64,000 bases of DNA from an uncultured Croceitalea sp. (GTDB taxonomy: Bacteria; Bacteroidota; Bacteroidia; Flavobacteriales; Flavobacteriaceae): assembly GCF_947499565.1 (NCBI RefSeq), contig NZ_CANMOV010000006.1. One strand, given 5' to 3'. The position numbers were made by a program, and so were the translations under genes. How positions within the stretch are numbered: the stretch's first letter is position 1; each line of letters opens with the position of its first letter. The notes under the pieces are model-generated. The model saw only the letters and a program-made list of their open reading frames with translations, ran no database searches and was not told where the DNA came from. Below are positions 27,215-38,367 of this stretch, in pieces.

Positions 27215-29638
27215 TTATAATTCTATTTGAACAATTTGCTTGATATCTCTAGATGATGCAGCAGCTTTAATAGCATAAATGCCTTTTTCCATAGCCCAAG
27301 CTTTGTTTTCCTCATTCCAATACCGTAGCTCCTTTACTGGGATTTGGATGGCTATACTGTCTATTGCCCCAGGAAGCAAGCTTTCTGTTTTTGCAAAAGC
27401 TTTAAGTTCTTGCACTGGTCTATCAATAGTAGTATTCAACTTTTCCGAATATACCTGTATGACTTCTTTTCCTGTTGCAGTACCAATATTTTTAATAGTT
27501 AATGCCAGATTTATGGTGTCATTTTCAACAACCACATCCATAGCCCCATATTCAAAATTAGTATAGGATAGCCCATAGCCAAAAGGATAGGAAACGTCCA
27601 TGCTCTTTTTATCAAAATGACGATATCCTATATAAACGCCTTCATCATAATGGGTATAATCCCGATTACGCACTTTTTTAGCTTCTGGTCGTTCGTCTGG
27701 TGGAAACATAAGTCCTGTTAACATTTGCGGTAATGACCAAGTATCGCCACCTTCTGGGAAATTAGCGTGGGATGCGTGATCTGCCAAATTCACTGGAAAT
27801 GTCACTGGAAGTTTACCACTAGGATTCACTTTTCCGCTCAAAATATCAGCTACAGAATTTCCACCTTCTTGCCCGCCCTGCCATGCCAAAACAATAGCAT
27901 CTGGTTTTGCTTTCCAAGAAGCAGTTTCTACGACACCTCCAATATTTAATACTACAATCAATTTTTTACCTGTATTCTGAAAAGCAGCACTTGCAGCTTC
28001 AATTAGAACTTGTTCTTCGTTAGACATTAAAAAGTCGTTAACCTCAACACGGTCGCCACCTTCACCAGCATTTCTTCCAAGAGTTAAAATTCCAATATCT
28101 GATGTAGCAACAATCTCGTCCAATTGCGCCGAAGTATAATTCATCTCAGGTGGCGTAAAGGGATTAAAAATAGCATCCATGCCCTCAGGTTTTTTAAAAG
28201 CTTCGAGGTTAGCAGCTTTATGAGCCATATAGGCATCACTTGCTTTTTGATTTACTTTATACCCAGCATTGGAAAGACCTTCTTCCAAAGAAATGGTATA
28301 TGCTTCGTTTACATCACCAGAACCCGTTCCACCTGCTATAAAATTATATGATGTAGTTCCTAAGAGTGCTATATTTAGACCTGGACTAAGCGGTAGCGCA
28401 TTTTCATTTTTAAGTAATACCATACCTTCTGCAGCAGACTGACGCGTAACCTCAGCATGTGCTTTTAAGTCCGGATTGTTACCAAACCTATAATTCTCCA
28501 TTTTTTTGGTATTAAATATCAAGGTAAGGATACGACGAGCTGCTCTATCTATAGCTGCCTCTGGTAATTCTCCATTTTCAGCAGCTTCGGTTATAGCTTT
28601 CCATTGTCTATTGGTGCCAGGTTCTAATAAATCGTTTCCTGCGCTAATCATGGCAACCGGGTCCCTGCCACCAAACCAATCGGACATTACCAAACCTTTA
28701 AAATTCCAATCGTTTCTTAATACATCCGTCAATAAATATTCGCTCTCCGCAACATAAGTTCCATTCACCTTATTGTAAGAAGACATAATAGTCCATGGCT
28801 GCGCTTTTTCCACAATAATCTCAAAACCCTTTAAGTAAATTTCGCGCATAGCACGTTCAGACACTTTAACATCATTAAAAGTCCTTTCCGTTTCTTGGTT
28901 GTTAGCTACGTAGTGTTTTACGGCTGTCCCTATACCGTTAGATTCTATACCATTTACAATAGCAGCTCCCATATATCCACTTAGCAAAGGGTCCTCCGAA
29001 TAATACTCAAAATTACGCCCGCATAAGGGATGGCGGTGCATGTTAGCACCTGGACCCAAAATAACATCAATCCCATACGCTAAAGCTTCTTTACCCATGG
29101 CATTACCCACTTCACCCACCAAATCTTGATTCCATGAAGAAGCCAAAAGTGTCGCAATGGGGAAAGCGGTACAATAGTAGGTATTCTCATCCCCTTCTCG
29201 AGTAGGTTGAATACGAAGTCCTGCAGGTCCATCTGATAAATAAACGGTAGGAATGCCCAGTCTTGGTGTAGGTACAATAGTCCCAACAGCGCCAGCGATG
29301 CCTTCACCCGGTTCTGTCCGGCCCATTGCAGAAGCCAAGCCCGAGCCTTTTAGCAAATGGAGCTTCTCTTCCATTGTCATTTTAGATAATACATCGTTCA
29401 CGCGCTCCTGAATAGTTTTTCTGTTATCTTCATATACATCCAGTTCTCCATTAGCATTTCTATCTAAAAAGGTATAACCAGCTACGGTTAGTTCCTTAAA
29501 ATCTTTTTTCTCAGCATAATCATCTTCAAAACTTAAAAAGGTTTTGCTAAAATGGCGTGCCATAAAAAATCCTGCGATTACTAACAAGAGCACTAAAACC
29601 CCTAAAATCTTTAAAGCGAGAACTATTTTTTTCTTCAT
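27215..29638 (-). CDS. GH3 beta-glucosidase with N-terminal anchor and C-terminal Fn3-like domain
   Basis: DGPAGLR, GRNFEYYSEDP, KHYVANNQE, VMSDW nucleophile, PFGYGLSYT; ATG 29638 (MKKKIV) preferred. Confidence 0.93.
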   Translation of the reverse strand: MKKKIVLALKILGVLVLLLVIAGFFMARHFSKTFLSFEDDYAEKKDFKELTVAGYTFLDRNANGELDVYEDNRKTIQERVNDVLSKMTMEEKLHLLKGSGLASAMGRTEPGEGIAGAVGTIVPTPRLGIPTVYLSDGPAGLRIQPTREGDENTYYCTAFPIATLLASSWNQDLVGEVGNAMGKEALAYGIDVILGPGANMHRHPLCGRNFEYYSEDPLLSGYMGAAIVNGIESNGIGTAVKHYVANNQETERTFNDVKVSERAMREIYLKGFEIIVEKAQPWTIMSSYNKVNGTYVAESEYLLTDVLRNDWNFKGLVMSDWFGGRDPVAMISAGNDLLEPGTNRQWKAITEAAENGELPEAAIDRAARRILTLIFNTKKMENYRFGNNPDLKAHAEVTRQSAAEGMVLLKNENALPLSPGLNIALLGTTSYNFIAGGTGSGDVNEAYTISLEEGLSNAGYKVNQKASDAYMAHKAANLEAFKKPEGMDAIFNPFTPPEMNYTSAQLDEIVATSDIGILTLGRNAGEGGDRVEVNDFLMSNEEQVLIEAASAAFQNTGKKLIVVLNIGGVVETASWKAKPDAIVLAWQGGQEGGNSVADILSGKVNPSGKLPVTFPVNLADHASHANFPEGGDTWSLPQMLTGLMFPPDERPEAKKVRNRDYTHYDEGVYIGYRHFDKKSMDVSYPFGYGLSYTNFEYGAMDVVVENDTINLALTIKNIGTATGKEVIQVYSEKLNTTIDRPVQELKAFAKTESLLPGAIDSIAIQIPVKELRYWNEENKAWAMEKGIYAIKAAASSRDIKQIVQIEL

Positions 29639-29648
29639 GATATTATAA

Positions 29649-29698
29649 TTGTGACAATTGGACACAAATATAATATTTTTTGTGACGAAACGCCACAA
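29649..29698. promoter_or_regulatory. Two TTGTG-N9-CACAA palindromes (31-bp period); putative NrtR-family operators
   Basis: 29649-29667 and 29680-29698 in the 77-nt gap between the divergent GH3 and Nudix-regulator genes. Confidence 0.65.
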
Positions 29699-29715
29699 AA
29701 CAGTATTTTTGCATT

Positions 29716-30426
29716 ATGGAGATTAAAAAAATTCTAGAAAATGGTGCCGATTATTTCCTATCCAACCTATCTATAGACCTTGTAATCATTGGGTATAAAG
29801 ACAATAAGTTAAAATGTCTTTTGCTACAACTAGGTGAAAAATGGGTGCTCCCTGGTGGATATATTAAACTAGATGAATCTGTAGATAATGCTGTTACTAG
29901 AATTTTAAAGGAGCGTACCCTTTTAAACGAGCCCCATTTTAAGTTTTTATCTGTTTTTGGAAATAAAGACCGAAAGTTCACGGACGAGTTTAAACAGTAT
30001 TTTGATAGGAATGGGCTAGAATGGAGTAATGATTATTGGATTAATAATCGTTTTGTGACGCTTGCTTACTATTCCTTAGTGGACATAGAAAACACCCATC
30101 CTATTCCCGGAGAGTTTGATGATGCTGTTGCTTGGTTTGATTTTGATGATTTACCCGAAATGTGGTTAGACCATAAAACCATAGCTACTACTGCTAGAAA
30201 TCGACTTAAAGAAGATGTTCAAAAAGAGCATTTAACGTATAATTTACTCCCAGATGAGTTTACCATGCCGGAACTACATCGACTGCACCAAACCGTATTA
30301 AACGAAAAATTAGACCGTAGTCGATTTCAAAAAAAGATATTGTCCACAGGAATTTTTGAACGGCTTCCAAAGCTTAAAAAAGAGACCCCCGGAAGTAACC
30401 CTTATCAATATCGATTAAAAGAATAA
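29716..30426 (+). CDS. NrtR-family (Nudix plus winged-helix) regulator
   Basis: WVLPGGYIKLDESVDNAVTRILKE Nudix-like box; C-terminal FTMPELHRLHQTVL..LDRSRFQKKI wHTH. Confidence 0.88.
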   Translation: MEIKKILENGADYFLSNLSIDLVIIGYKDNKLKCLLLQLGEKWVLPGGYIKLDESVDNAVTRILKERTLLNEPHFKFLSVFGNKDRKFTDEFKQYFDRNGLEWSNDYWINNRFVTLAYYSLVDIENTHPIPGEFDDAVAWFDFDDLPEMWLDHKTIATTARNRLKEDVQKEHLTYNLLPDEFTMPELHRLHQTVLNEKLDRSRFQKKILSTGIFERLPKLKKETPGSNPYQYRLKE

Positions 30427-30487
30427 GGCATGATATAGAACTTTTAGGCACGAAGTTTTATTTAAGAGATTGTCTTATTTTTAAGGA

Positions 30488-30868
30488 ATGAACCTCAACC
30501 AAATTACCGTTCCTTCTAAAGATATTCCGAAATCCATTCTTTTCTATAAAGCTTTAGGCCTAGAGCTTATTGTTGAAGCTTTACCCCATTACGCTCGTTT
30601 TGTATGCCCAATTGGCAATGCCACATTCTCCGTGCATTTAGTTGAAGAACTTCCAAAAGGAGATGGTATTTATGTTTATTTTGAGTGTGAGGATTTGGAT
30701 GCCCTTGTTGGAAAACTAGCCTCAAAAGGTATTCCGTTTGATGAATTGCCTAACGATAAATCTTGGTTATGGCGTGAAGCTCGACTAAAAGATCCCGACG
30801 GAAATAACATAATCCTATACTTTGCTGGCGAAAATCGTTTGAATCCTCCTTGGCGAATTAAATCCTAA
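30488..30868 (+). CDS. VOC/glyoxalase protein
   Basis: SILFYKALGLE; WLWREARLKDPDGNNIIL. Confidence 0.88.
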   Translation: MNLNQITVPSKDIPKSILFYKALGLELIVEALPHYARFVCPIGNATFSVHLVEELPKGDGIYVYFECEDLDALVGKLASKGIPFDELPNDKSWLWREARLKDPDGNNIILYFAGENRLNPPWRIKS

Positions 30869-30902
30869 ATTTTCAATAACAATAATCCAGTTATTCCCCA
30901 CC

Positions 30903-32069
30903 ATGAAAGTTCCAAAACACATTCTACCCATTATAGTTGTTGCGCAATTTTTTTGTACTTCGCTCTGGTTTGCTGGTAACGGCGTTTTGATTTCCTTAAT
31001 TGGTCATTTTAACTTAGGAGAAAATAGTTTTGGTAATATTACTGCTGCCGTGCAGCTTGGTTTTATTATTGGTACATTACTTTTTGCCATGCTAACCCTA
31101 ACGGACCGTTATTCCCCTTCAAAAGTATTTTTGTGGTGCGCTGTTCTTGGCGCAATTTTTAATCTGGGAATAGTTTGGGAAGGTAATGGTTGGACAAGCA
31201 TATTGCTATTCCGCTTTTTTACAGGCTTTTTTCTGGCAGGTATTTACCCGGTAGGGATGAAGATAGCTGCGGATTATTTTGATAAAGGTTTGGGCAAATC
31301 CCTAGGTTACCTTGTAGGGGCTTTGGTTCTGGGAACAGCACTTCCACATCTTTTAAAATGGCTCTCAGCTGTATTCCCTTGGCAGTATGTAATTTATGCA
31401 ACATCTGCACTAGCAATCTTGGGCGGGTTACTCATGGTCTTTTTAGTCCCCAATGGACCTTATAGAAAACAGAGTCAACAACTAAATTTTACGGCTTGCT
31501 TTTCGGTGTTTAAAAAGAAAGATTTTAGGGCTGCTGCCTTTGGCTATTTTGGACATATGTGGGAACTCTATACTTTTTGGGCGTTTGTTCCTTTTTTACT
31601 TGGCCTACATGCCGAGTTGCAGGGCAACTACGCTTTCCCAGTTTCATTCTGGTCCTTTTGGGTAATTGCAGTTGGCGGAATGGCATGTGTACTTGGAGGC
31701 TATATATCTGAACGCAGCGGTATCAAACGTACCGCAGCAACAGCATTATTTCTCTCTGGCATATGCTGCTTGGTATCCCCGTTACTTTTGCTTTATGCCC
31801 CTACTCCGGTTTTTATAGTGTTCTTGTTGTTTTGGGGAATGGTCGTGATTGCAGATTCTCCATTATTTTCTACACTAGTAGCACAAAACGCTCCAATAGA
31901 AATAAAAGGAACGGCACTAACTATTGTTAATAGTATAGGTTTTGCTATTACTATTGTGAGTTTACAGGTAATTCCCTTACTACAAAAACTAATCACAAAT
32001 GAATACCTATTTATGTTTCTAGCCTTAGGGCCTCTTTTTGGTTTAATAGCATTAAGAAAAAAGCACTAA
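30903..32069 (+). CDS. MFS transporter (YbfB-like)
   Basis: 12-TM pattern; AGIYPVGMK, GYFGHMWELY and ADSPLFS motifs. Confidence 0.88.
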   Translation: MKVPKHILPIIVVAQFFCTSLWFAGNGVLISLIGHFNLGENSFGNITAAVQLGFIIGTLLFAMLTLTDRYSPSKVFLWCAVLGAIFNLGIVWEGNGWTSILLFRFFTGFFLAGIYPVGMKIAADYFDKGLGKSLGYLVGALVLGTALPHLLKWLSAVFPWQYVIYATSALAILGGLLMVFLVPNGPYRKQSQQLNFTACFSVFKKKDFRAAAFGYFGHMWELYTFWAFVPFLLGLHAELQGNYAFPVSFWSFWVIAVGGMACVLGGYISERSGIKRTAATALFLSGICCLVSPLLLLYAPTPVFIVFLLFWGMVVIADSPLFSTLVAQNAPIEIKGTALTIVNSIGFAITIVSLQVIPLLQKLITNEYLFMFLALGPLFGLIALRKKH

Positions 32070-32203
32070 GCATTATTTTTCTAATCAGAAAATCATTAAA
32101 AACATACCATTCACACAAAAGTGGGTTTAAGCCCAAAACAGTTTAACTATCTTGTTATCAGTCTTTTCCATTAAGACCTTTCAATTTAAACAACGCATAC
32201 AAA

Positions 32204-32935
32204 ATGGAAAAATACAAGAGCCTGCACCTATGGATGATTATTCCTATGGTGTTTATGCAATTCGGAATTTTTAGGGATTATTGGGGTGATTTCACAGATA
32301 ATGGGTGGTCTGTGCACATTCATTATTGGACTGGAACCATTTGGTATTTATATCTTATTATTCAACCATACTATGCTACACATGGCCAATTGGTAAAACA
32401 TCGCACTAATGGTATAATAGGAATGTTTCTAGCTGGTGGTGTCTGCATTACTGCCTTAAGCATGATGTTTAGAGATATTACAAACGCTAATGATGCTGCT
32501 CAGTTTGCTGATAGATTTGGACCTTTTGAACCTTGGTTCTTTATTGGTGTCGCCGCTGTAGAAATTCCAATGATACTAGCTTTTGGCTACGCTGTAATTA
32601 TGGGGATTGTCCATAGAAAAAATCTAGAAAGCCATGCCTGGTGGCTTATTAGTACTGTTTTTTTAATTATGATGCCCGCCCTAGGCAGAGGTATTCAAAA
32701 TATTTATGTTTTTAAAAATCTTGAAGATTGGCCTAATATTAATATAATGGGGCCAACCTATTTTACTCAGTTTTTGATTATCTCAATGATTCTAATAGCA
32801 GCATGGAAGCTTAAAAAACTTAAGCATCCTGCCACTTATCTTGCTGTGGCTATTAATATTTACACTTGCTTTTTGGAACCCTTAGGTAAATCAGAAATGG
32901 TAGAGCTATTTTTACGAACCGTAATCAGGGATTAA
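32204..32935 (+). CDS. Hypothetical polytopic membrane protein
   Basis: Several TM helices with His residues (VHIHYW, KHRTNG, HAWW). Confidence 0.7.
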   Translation: MEKYKSLHLWMIIPMVFMQFGIFRDYWGDFTDNGWSVHIHYWTGTIWYLYLIIQPYYATHGQLVKHRTNGIIGMFLAGGVCITALSMMFRDITNANDAAQFADRFGPFEPWFFIGVAAVEIPMILAFGYAVIMGIVHRKNLESHAWWLISTVFLIMMPALGRGIQNIYVFKNLEDWPNINIMGPTYFTQFLIISMILIAAWKLKKLKHPATYLAVAINIYTCFLEPLGKSEMVELFLRTVIRD

Positions 32936-32940
32936 AATAT

Positions 32941-32981
32941 AAAGACGGGCAACTAGTTTTAAAAAACAATTACCCGTCTTT
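32941..32981. terminator. Probable bidirectional terminator
   Basis: AAAGACGGG...CCCGTCTTT inverted repeat between convergent genes. Confidence 0.55.
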
Positions 32982-33001
32982 ATATTGAAAAAAAATGACT
33001 A

Positions 33002-33778
33002 TTACTGCTCAAAAATAGTATTGGCAAAACTATCCTTTCTTTCTCCATTATAATCACTTACCATTTCTACAAGAGCCTCTAAAAAAGGTAGGTCACAGTT
33101 GGCTGAAAACGATGCTTGCCTCTGAAACTGTACTCTAAATTCATAATCCCCATCCTGAAATTTTTGTAGGATCTCTGTATTATCTCCAAACAAATTTTTA
33201 AGATTGGCATTTCTGATATTTCTTGGGTTCTTGCTTTTATCTTTTTGATATAAAATTTCAAAATTACTAGTCATAAAATCTATATGCTCTGGGCCACCTG
33301 CTAGCCTAGAATCCATAACAGGTTTATAAATAAAACCATTCTGGGTCCTGTAATACTTTCTATAAATAGTAATATCTCCATCCGCAACTACCTCTAGCAG
33401 GTAACGCTTTGGCAACATATCCGAATTCTTGCTTGAAAGCATATTGGCATATTTTATCTGACGGAATTCCCTACCACTCTCAAGTACAAAACCTCTTATA
33501 TGCTTGGTTTTATATTTTTCAATAGCCTTCTTTTTTATCTTTTTCCCCTTTTTATATTTCTTATAAGACTTTTCGTTGATTGTTCTTAAACTTTGCTGAA
33601 ATAGGTGAGGATTACAATAGTCTACATAAATGTATGCTTCTAATGTCTTACCATTCTTTAGGGTAATTGTGCCTTTTTCATAGTTGGCACAGCGCTTGGT
33701 CTCCACATCAGAGGCGAATCCATTTGATAAGATGGTAATACTTAACAATAAAGTAAGTAAGTAGTTTTTTAATTTCAT
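33002..33778 (-). CDS. Hypothetical secreted protein
   Basis: Signal peptide; GTITLKNGKTLE N-terminal beta motif typical of Bacteroidetes exported proteins. Confidence 0.7.
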   Translation of the reverse strand: MKLKNYLLTLLLSITILSNGFASDVETKRCANYEKGTITLKNGKTLEAYIYVDYCNPHLFQQSLRTINEKSYKKYKKGKKIKKKAIEKYKTKHIRGFVLESGREFRQIKYANMLSSKNSDMLPKRYLLEVVADGDITIYRKYYRTQNGFIYKPVMDSRLAGGPEHIDFMTSNFEILYQKDKSKNPRNIRNANLKNLFGDNTEILQKFQDGDYEFRVQFQRQASFSANCDLPFLEALVEMVSDYNGERKDSFANTIFEQ

Positions 33779-33961
33779 GATTAACTTGATTTAAGGTTTA
33801 ATAAAAACGTAAATCATTGCCTTTTAGTGTGTTGAGTCTTATTTTGACAAATAAAACAGTGCCAAGATTATTCCAGTAAGATTTTAACCCTATCTTAAAT
33901 CATCAATTTTAAATTCTATCCTTTTTCTTTGTTTTTTGAATAAGGCTAACCAATCTCTTAT

Positions 33962-34534
33962 ATGAAACGCACGCTAAAAAACTTATTACTAATTGGCATA
34001 CTTGCCGAAATTGTAATTTTTATCCTTTGTTACCTCACTCAACCTTCTATTGAAGAAACTTTTAGATACGCTGCTAGATATTCTGGACGCTTATCATTTG
34101 GTGTATTTTTAATTACTTTTTACCGCTTTGCTTCTGCACATCCAAAACCGCTAAAAGAAAACACCCCACTGCGTAATTGGTTGTTGCTTTTTGCAGTAGT
34201 GCATATAATACATTTTGGATTTTTAGCTACCAATGTTATTTTAAACAATATCCCTATTGTTCCAATAAAACTTACTGGTGGTGCCTTGGCATATCTTATG
34301 ATTGTTTTAGCACCATTACTACTTCATAAAATTAAACTAGGGCTACAGCTCGTCTATTTTTACTATGTGAGCATCGTGATGATAATTACCTATGTCGCGC
34401 GTGTAAAAGGTGATTTTGAAGGTGCAGCGCCTTTTTGGTTTCACTATTTGGCTTTAGGAGTTTTGGTTTTTTCTTGTCTGTTTTTTGGATGGAAAATATG
34501 GAGGTCTAAAACACCTTACCAACCGCCTCAATAG
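33962..34534 (+). CDS. Membrane protein resembling a ferric-reductase/MsrQ-type TM domain
   Basis: ARYSGRLS and FAVVHIIHF motifs in TM helices; 3' end overlaps hemL by 29 nt. Confidence 0.55.
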   Translation: MKRTLKNLLLIGILAEIVIFILCYLTQPSIEETFRYAARYSGRLSFGVFLITFYRFASAHPKPLKENTPLRNWLLLFAVVHIIHFGFLATNVILNNIPIVPIKLTGGALAYLMIVLAPLLLHKIKLGLQLVYFYYVSIVMIITYVARVKGDFEGAAPFWFHYLALGVLVFSCLFFGWKIWRSKTPYQPPQ

Positions 34535-35783
34535 TATTATCCAAATCTGCATAGCTTATTGCATCATTTAAGAAGTAACTTTCAAATGCTGAAGGTGGTA
34601 AATAAATGCCTTGATCTAACATGCCATGAAAGTATTTTTTAAAAGTATCATTATTACCTTTTGCAGAAGATGAAAAATCAACAACTGGCTCCTCGCAAAA
34701 GTGTACCGAAATCATACTTCCAAATCGGTTGATTTGGTGTGTAACGCCTTTCTCAGTTAAAACCTCAGCAATACCTTTATGTAAGTATTCGGTTTTAGCA
34801 GCTAAGCTTGTAAAGGTCTCTGGCTTGTTATTAAGTTCTGTAAGCATTGCTAAACCAGCACTCATCGCCAATGGATTTCCGCTTAAAGTTCCTGCTTGGT
34901 ATACTGGTCCTTCCGGAGCTAAATGACTCATAATTTCTGCTCGCGCTGCAAAAGCGCCAACAGGTAAACCTCCGCCAATTACTTTTCCGAACATTACAAT
35001 ATCCGCATCTATTCCCAAAGCTTCTTGCGCACCACCTTTACCCATTCTAAACCCGGTCATCACCTCATCAAAAAGCAATAAAATCCCTTCTTGGGTGCAA
35101 AGTTCCCTAAGCCCTTTAATAAACGCATCCGAAGGAATAATACAACCCATATTACCCGCTACGGGCTCTATAATAATGGCGGCAATCTCTCCTTTATTTG
35201 CTGCAGCTAAGGTTTTCACCCCTTCCAAGTCGTTATAATCAGCTAACAAAGTATCTTTCGCCGTACCTGCTGTAACTCCAGGACTGTTAGGACTACCAAA
35301 AGTTACTGCTCCACTCCCAGCTTGAATTAAAAATGAATCTGAATGTCCGTGATAACAACCAGAGAACTTAATGATTTTATCTTTTCCTGTATACCCTCGC
35401 GCTAAACGCACTGCACTCATACAGGCTTCCGTCCCAGAATTTACGAAACGGATTTTATCAATATTGGGAACCATGCTTACTGCAAGTTTGGCAAGCTCAG
35501 TTTCTATTTCCGTAGGAATACCAAAAGAAGTTCCTTTTTTAGCTTTATCAATTACCGCGTTTAAAACGGGTTCATGGGCGTGTCCTAAAATTAGCGGACC
35601 CCAAGAAGCAATATAGTCGATATATTTATTATCGTCTTCATCATAGAGGTAAGCCCCCTTAGCTTCCTTGATAAAAATAGGCTCACCACCTACGGCTTTA
35701 AATGCTCTTACTGGAGAATTTACTCCACCCGGAATATATTTTTTTGCTTCTGCAAATAAGGCACTGCTTCTTTGGTATCGCAT
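34506..35783 (-). CDS. hemL: Glutamate-1-semialdehyde 2,1-aminomutase
   Basis: [40 protein letters not shown] and AGTLSGNP motifs. Confidence 0.97.
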   Translation of the reverse strand: MRYQRSSALFAEAKKYIPGGVNSPVRAFKAVGGEPIFIKEAKGAYLYDEDDNKYIDYIASWGPLILGHAHEPVLNAVIDKAKKGTSFGIPTEIETELAKLAVSMVPNIDKIRFVNSGTEACMSAVRLARGYTGKDKIIKFSGCYHGHSDSFLIQAGSGAVTFGSPNSPGVTAGTAKDTLLADYNDLEGVKTLAAANKGEIAAIIIEPVAGNMGCIIPSDAFIKGLRELCTQEGILLLFDEVMTGFRMGKGGAQEALGIDADIVMFGKVIGGGLPVGAFAARAEIMSHLAPEGPVYQAGTLSGNPLAMSAGLAMLTELNNKPETFTSLAAKTEYLHKGIAEVLTEKGVTHQINRFGSMISVHFCEEPVVDFSSSAKGNNDTFKKYFHGMLDQGIYLPPSAFESYFLNDAISYADLDNTIEAVGKVF

Positions 35784-35804
35784 GTACTAGTGTATCTACT
35801 ATTC

Positions 35805-35861
35805 GTCAGTTAGAGTGAAATTCTAAAAGAATTTTGTATCCAGAACTACACTCAAATTGAC
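35805..35861. repeat. Compact family B repeat between hemL and the glucosaminidase gene
   Basis: GTCAGTTAGAGTG...TGTATCCAGAACTA-CACTCAAATTGAC. Confidence 0.65.
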
Positions 35862-35873
35862 AAGTTTCTATAT

Positions 35874-36728
35874 TTATTTATTTTTCGCTTTTCTTAGGTT
35901 AATGACTTGGCCTATAGCGAGATTCGTACTATCCAAGTTATTTAGTTGCATAATCTCATCAACCGAAATGGTGTATTTTTTTGACAGTCCATAAAGCGTA
36001 TCACCTTTTTCGATTACATGAGTAAATACATCGTACTCTTTTGGTTCACGGACCGTATCTAAACCATTACGAACCACTTCCTCGTCATAAGCATCTAAAT
36101 CATATCTCTCAATTAAAGCAATTAACTTTTGAGGATATTTTTTATCGGTTGCATACCCCGCCTGTCGCAGTCCATAAGCCCATTTTTTATAGTCGTCCCT
36201 ACGATAATTAAATAAAAAACGATACCGTGAGCGTGAAGCTAGAAAGATGCTATGGTCCCGAAAAGAAAACATGGGGTGATTGTACTTTCTAAAACACTCC
36301 CCTTTGGCATCATCATCATGGAAGTCGTACTCCCCTTGCCAACCTGTATGGCATTTTATTCCAAAATGATTGTTGGTTTTTAAGGTTAATTGTCCTTTTC
36401 CAGAACCACTTTCTAATATCCCTTGAGCAAGTGTAATACTAGCAGGAATTCCAAAAGCACGCATTTCATATTGCGCTATTTCAGCGAATTCCTCTATATA
36501 TTCTGCAGTAGAGTTGATAGGGAACATTACAAATCTTCCTGGGTCAGCAGGCAAAGGATATAATTCAGATTTATTAAATTTTGTTCCAGCTATACCATCA
36601 TTTGGCTTATAGACACCCTTCTTTCTCTCAACGGTAGTAACTTTAGTGTTAGATGTAGCTCGTTTTTTAGCCTTACAGCCTACTAAAAGCATTAACACCA
36701 AGATTATATAACCAAAACGTTTTATCAT
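35874..36728 (-). CDS. GH73 glucosaminidase plus LysM lipoprotein
   Basis: Lipobox LLVGC; IPASITLAQGILES, NNHFGIKC, GYATD; C-terminal LysM (HVIEKGDTLYGLSKKY). Confidence 0.92.
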   Translation of the reverse strand: MIKRFGYIILVLMLLVGCKAKKRATSNTKVTTVERKKGVYKPNDGIAGTKFNKSELYPLPADPGRFVMFPINSTAEYIEEFAEIAQYEMRAFGIPASITLAQGILESGSGKGQLTLKTNNHFGIKCHTGWQGEYDFHDDDAKGECFRKYNHPMFSFRDHSIFLASRSRYRFLFNYRRDDYKKWAYGLRQAGYATDKKYPQKLIALIERYDLDAYDEEVVRNGLDTVREPKEYDVFTHVIEKGDTLYGLSKKYTISVDEIMQLNNLDSTNLAIGQVINLRKAKNK

Positions 36729-37627
36729 TTCAATTGGGGTAAATTTTTCTCTTTTAATACTATATTCATGCCAGAAATGCCTTGTAAACCGCCACTATGT
36801 ATTGCAAGTATTTTTGTTCCTTTTTTAAAGTAATCTTTAGAAATTAAATCTAGTAAGCCATAAAATAGCTTCCCAGTATAAATAGGTTCTAATGGAATTT
36901 CTGTTTGTACTTTAAAGTCACTAACAAAATTTACTAATTCAGCAGTAAACTTGGCATAACCTCCAAAATGATAATCAGAAATCAGTTCCCAATTTTCATT
37001 TTGGGCAAATTTACGAATATCGTTCTTTAGAAAATCACCCTTTAACGCAGGAAAACCTAAAACTGTTTGATTAGGTCTTGCAGCGTTAATTAAACCAGCT
37101 AAAGTGCCACCAGTTCCAACACAGCTGCAGATTATATCAAAATTGACATCTTTAGCGTTTAGTATTTCTTTACAACCCTTAACAGCAAGTTCATTTGTGC
37201 CACCCTCGGGTATTAGATAAAAGTCTCCGAATTTTTTCTTGAGCGCCTTTAAAAATTCAGGGGCTTCTTTTTTTCTATAATTTTCTCTAGAAACAAAATG
37301 AAAACGCATTCCATGTTCCTTCGCTAATTTAAGAGTAGGATTAGCCCTCCATTTGCCTACTAATTCTTCGCCTCTAATAACCCCAATGGTTTTAAGCTCC
37401 TGTTCTTTTCCTGCACATGCAGTTGCCGCTATATGATTGGAGTATGCGCCACCAAAAGTAAGAAGGGTTGACACGCTCTTCTTTTTAGCTTCTTGGATAT
37501 TGTATTTAAGCTTTCGGTATTTGTTCCCTGATATAAGAGGGTGAATAGTATCTTCTCGTTTTACAAAAAGGCTTATCCCCTTTTCATCCAATAACGGTAA
37601 ATCAATTTTCTGATTTGCTACATTCAA
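36725..37627 (-). CDS. ACC deaminase/D-cysteine desulfhydrase family PLP enzyme
   Basis: SGNKYRKL, TFGGAYSNH, IPEGG, GTGGTLAG and LEPIYTGK motifs. Confidence 0.9.
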   Translation of the reverse strand: MNVANQKIDLPLLDEKGISLFVKREDTIHPLISGNKYRKLKYNIQEAKKKSVSTLLTFGGAYSNHIAATACAGKEQELKTIGVIRGEELVGKWRANPTLKLAKEHGMRFHFVSRENYRKKEAPEFLKALKKKFGDFYLIPEGGTNELAVKGCKEILNAKDVNFDIICSCVGTGGTLAGLINAARPNQTVLGFPALKGDFLKNDIRKFAQNENWELISDYHFGGYAKFTAELVNFVSDFKVQTEIPLEPIYTGKLFYGLLDLISKDYFKKGTKILAIHSGGLQGISGMNIVLKEKNLPQLK

Positions 37628-37630
37628 AAG

Positions 37631-37963
37631 TTAAGGACGAAAAATATAGTTTAAAAAGCTGTAGGGTTTTCTTCGTTGCGTGTAACTCAAATCCTTTTCA
37701 TTTGCATAAGCTTCTCGCTCAAATGAAATATTCTGATACGCACGGTACGTATCTAAATACAGTACGGTTCTATACAACCACTCGCCAACATACCAGAGGT
37801 AAAAAGGTAGTATAAAAAGCTCCAATTGTTGTTTTAAGTGAATCTTTTCGTGATTTATTAATACCACATCTTCTTTGAGACCATCTTCTTTAACAAAGAT
37901 AAAAGGCCAAAGTGTAAGACCTACATAGTTTCTGCGAAAAAAATGTTTAAATACTAAAACCAT
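37631..37963 (-). CDS. Small membrane protein with HExxH motif (possible metallopeptidase)
   Basis: NHEKIHLKQQ...ISFEREAY. Confidence 0.65.
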   Translation of the reverse strand: MVLVFKHFFRRNYVGLTLWPFIFVKEDGLKEDVVLINHEKIHLKQQLELFILPFYLWYVGEWLYRTVLYLDTYRAYQNISFEREAYANEKDLSYTQRRKPYSFLNYIFRP

Positions 37964-38125
37964 TTGCTATTCTTGAAACGAGGGATACTCAAATATATTA
38001 GTTCAATTCGTTTAATGGTAAGAATACTCGATGTTATTACTAACAAAATCGGTGGATAACCTAATCGCAGCTATTAGAATCCTATCATTTATTTTCAAAA
38101 CATGTACCTTTAAGGACATAATTAG

Positions 38126-38293
<168 letters not shown>

Positions 38294-38367
38294 TAAAATG
38301 TCAATTTTCGGCATAGTCTTTGTGGTTTAAATAGTGTGGATTTTGGTTTAACTGAAAAAAAATTGAT

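Noticed and set aside
29639-29698. N-terminal extension of the GH3 gene
   Set aside because: It covers the operator region; MKKKIV at 29638 gives a typical leader.
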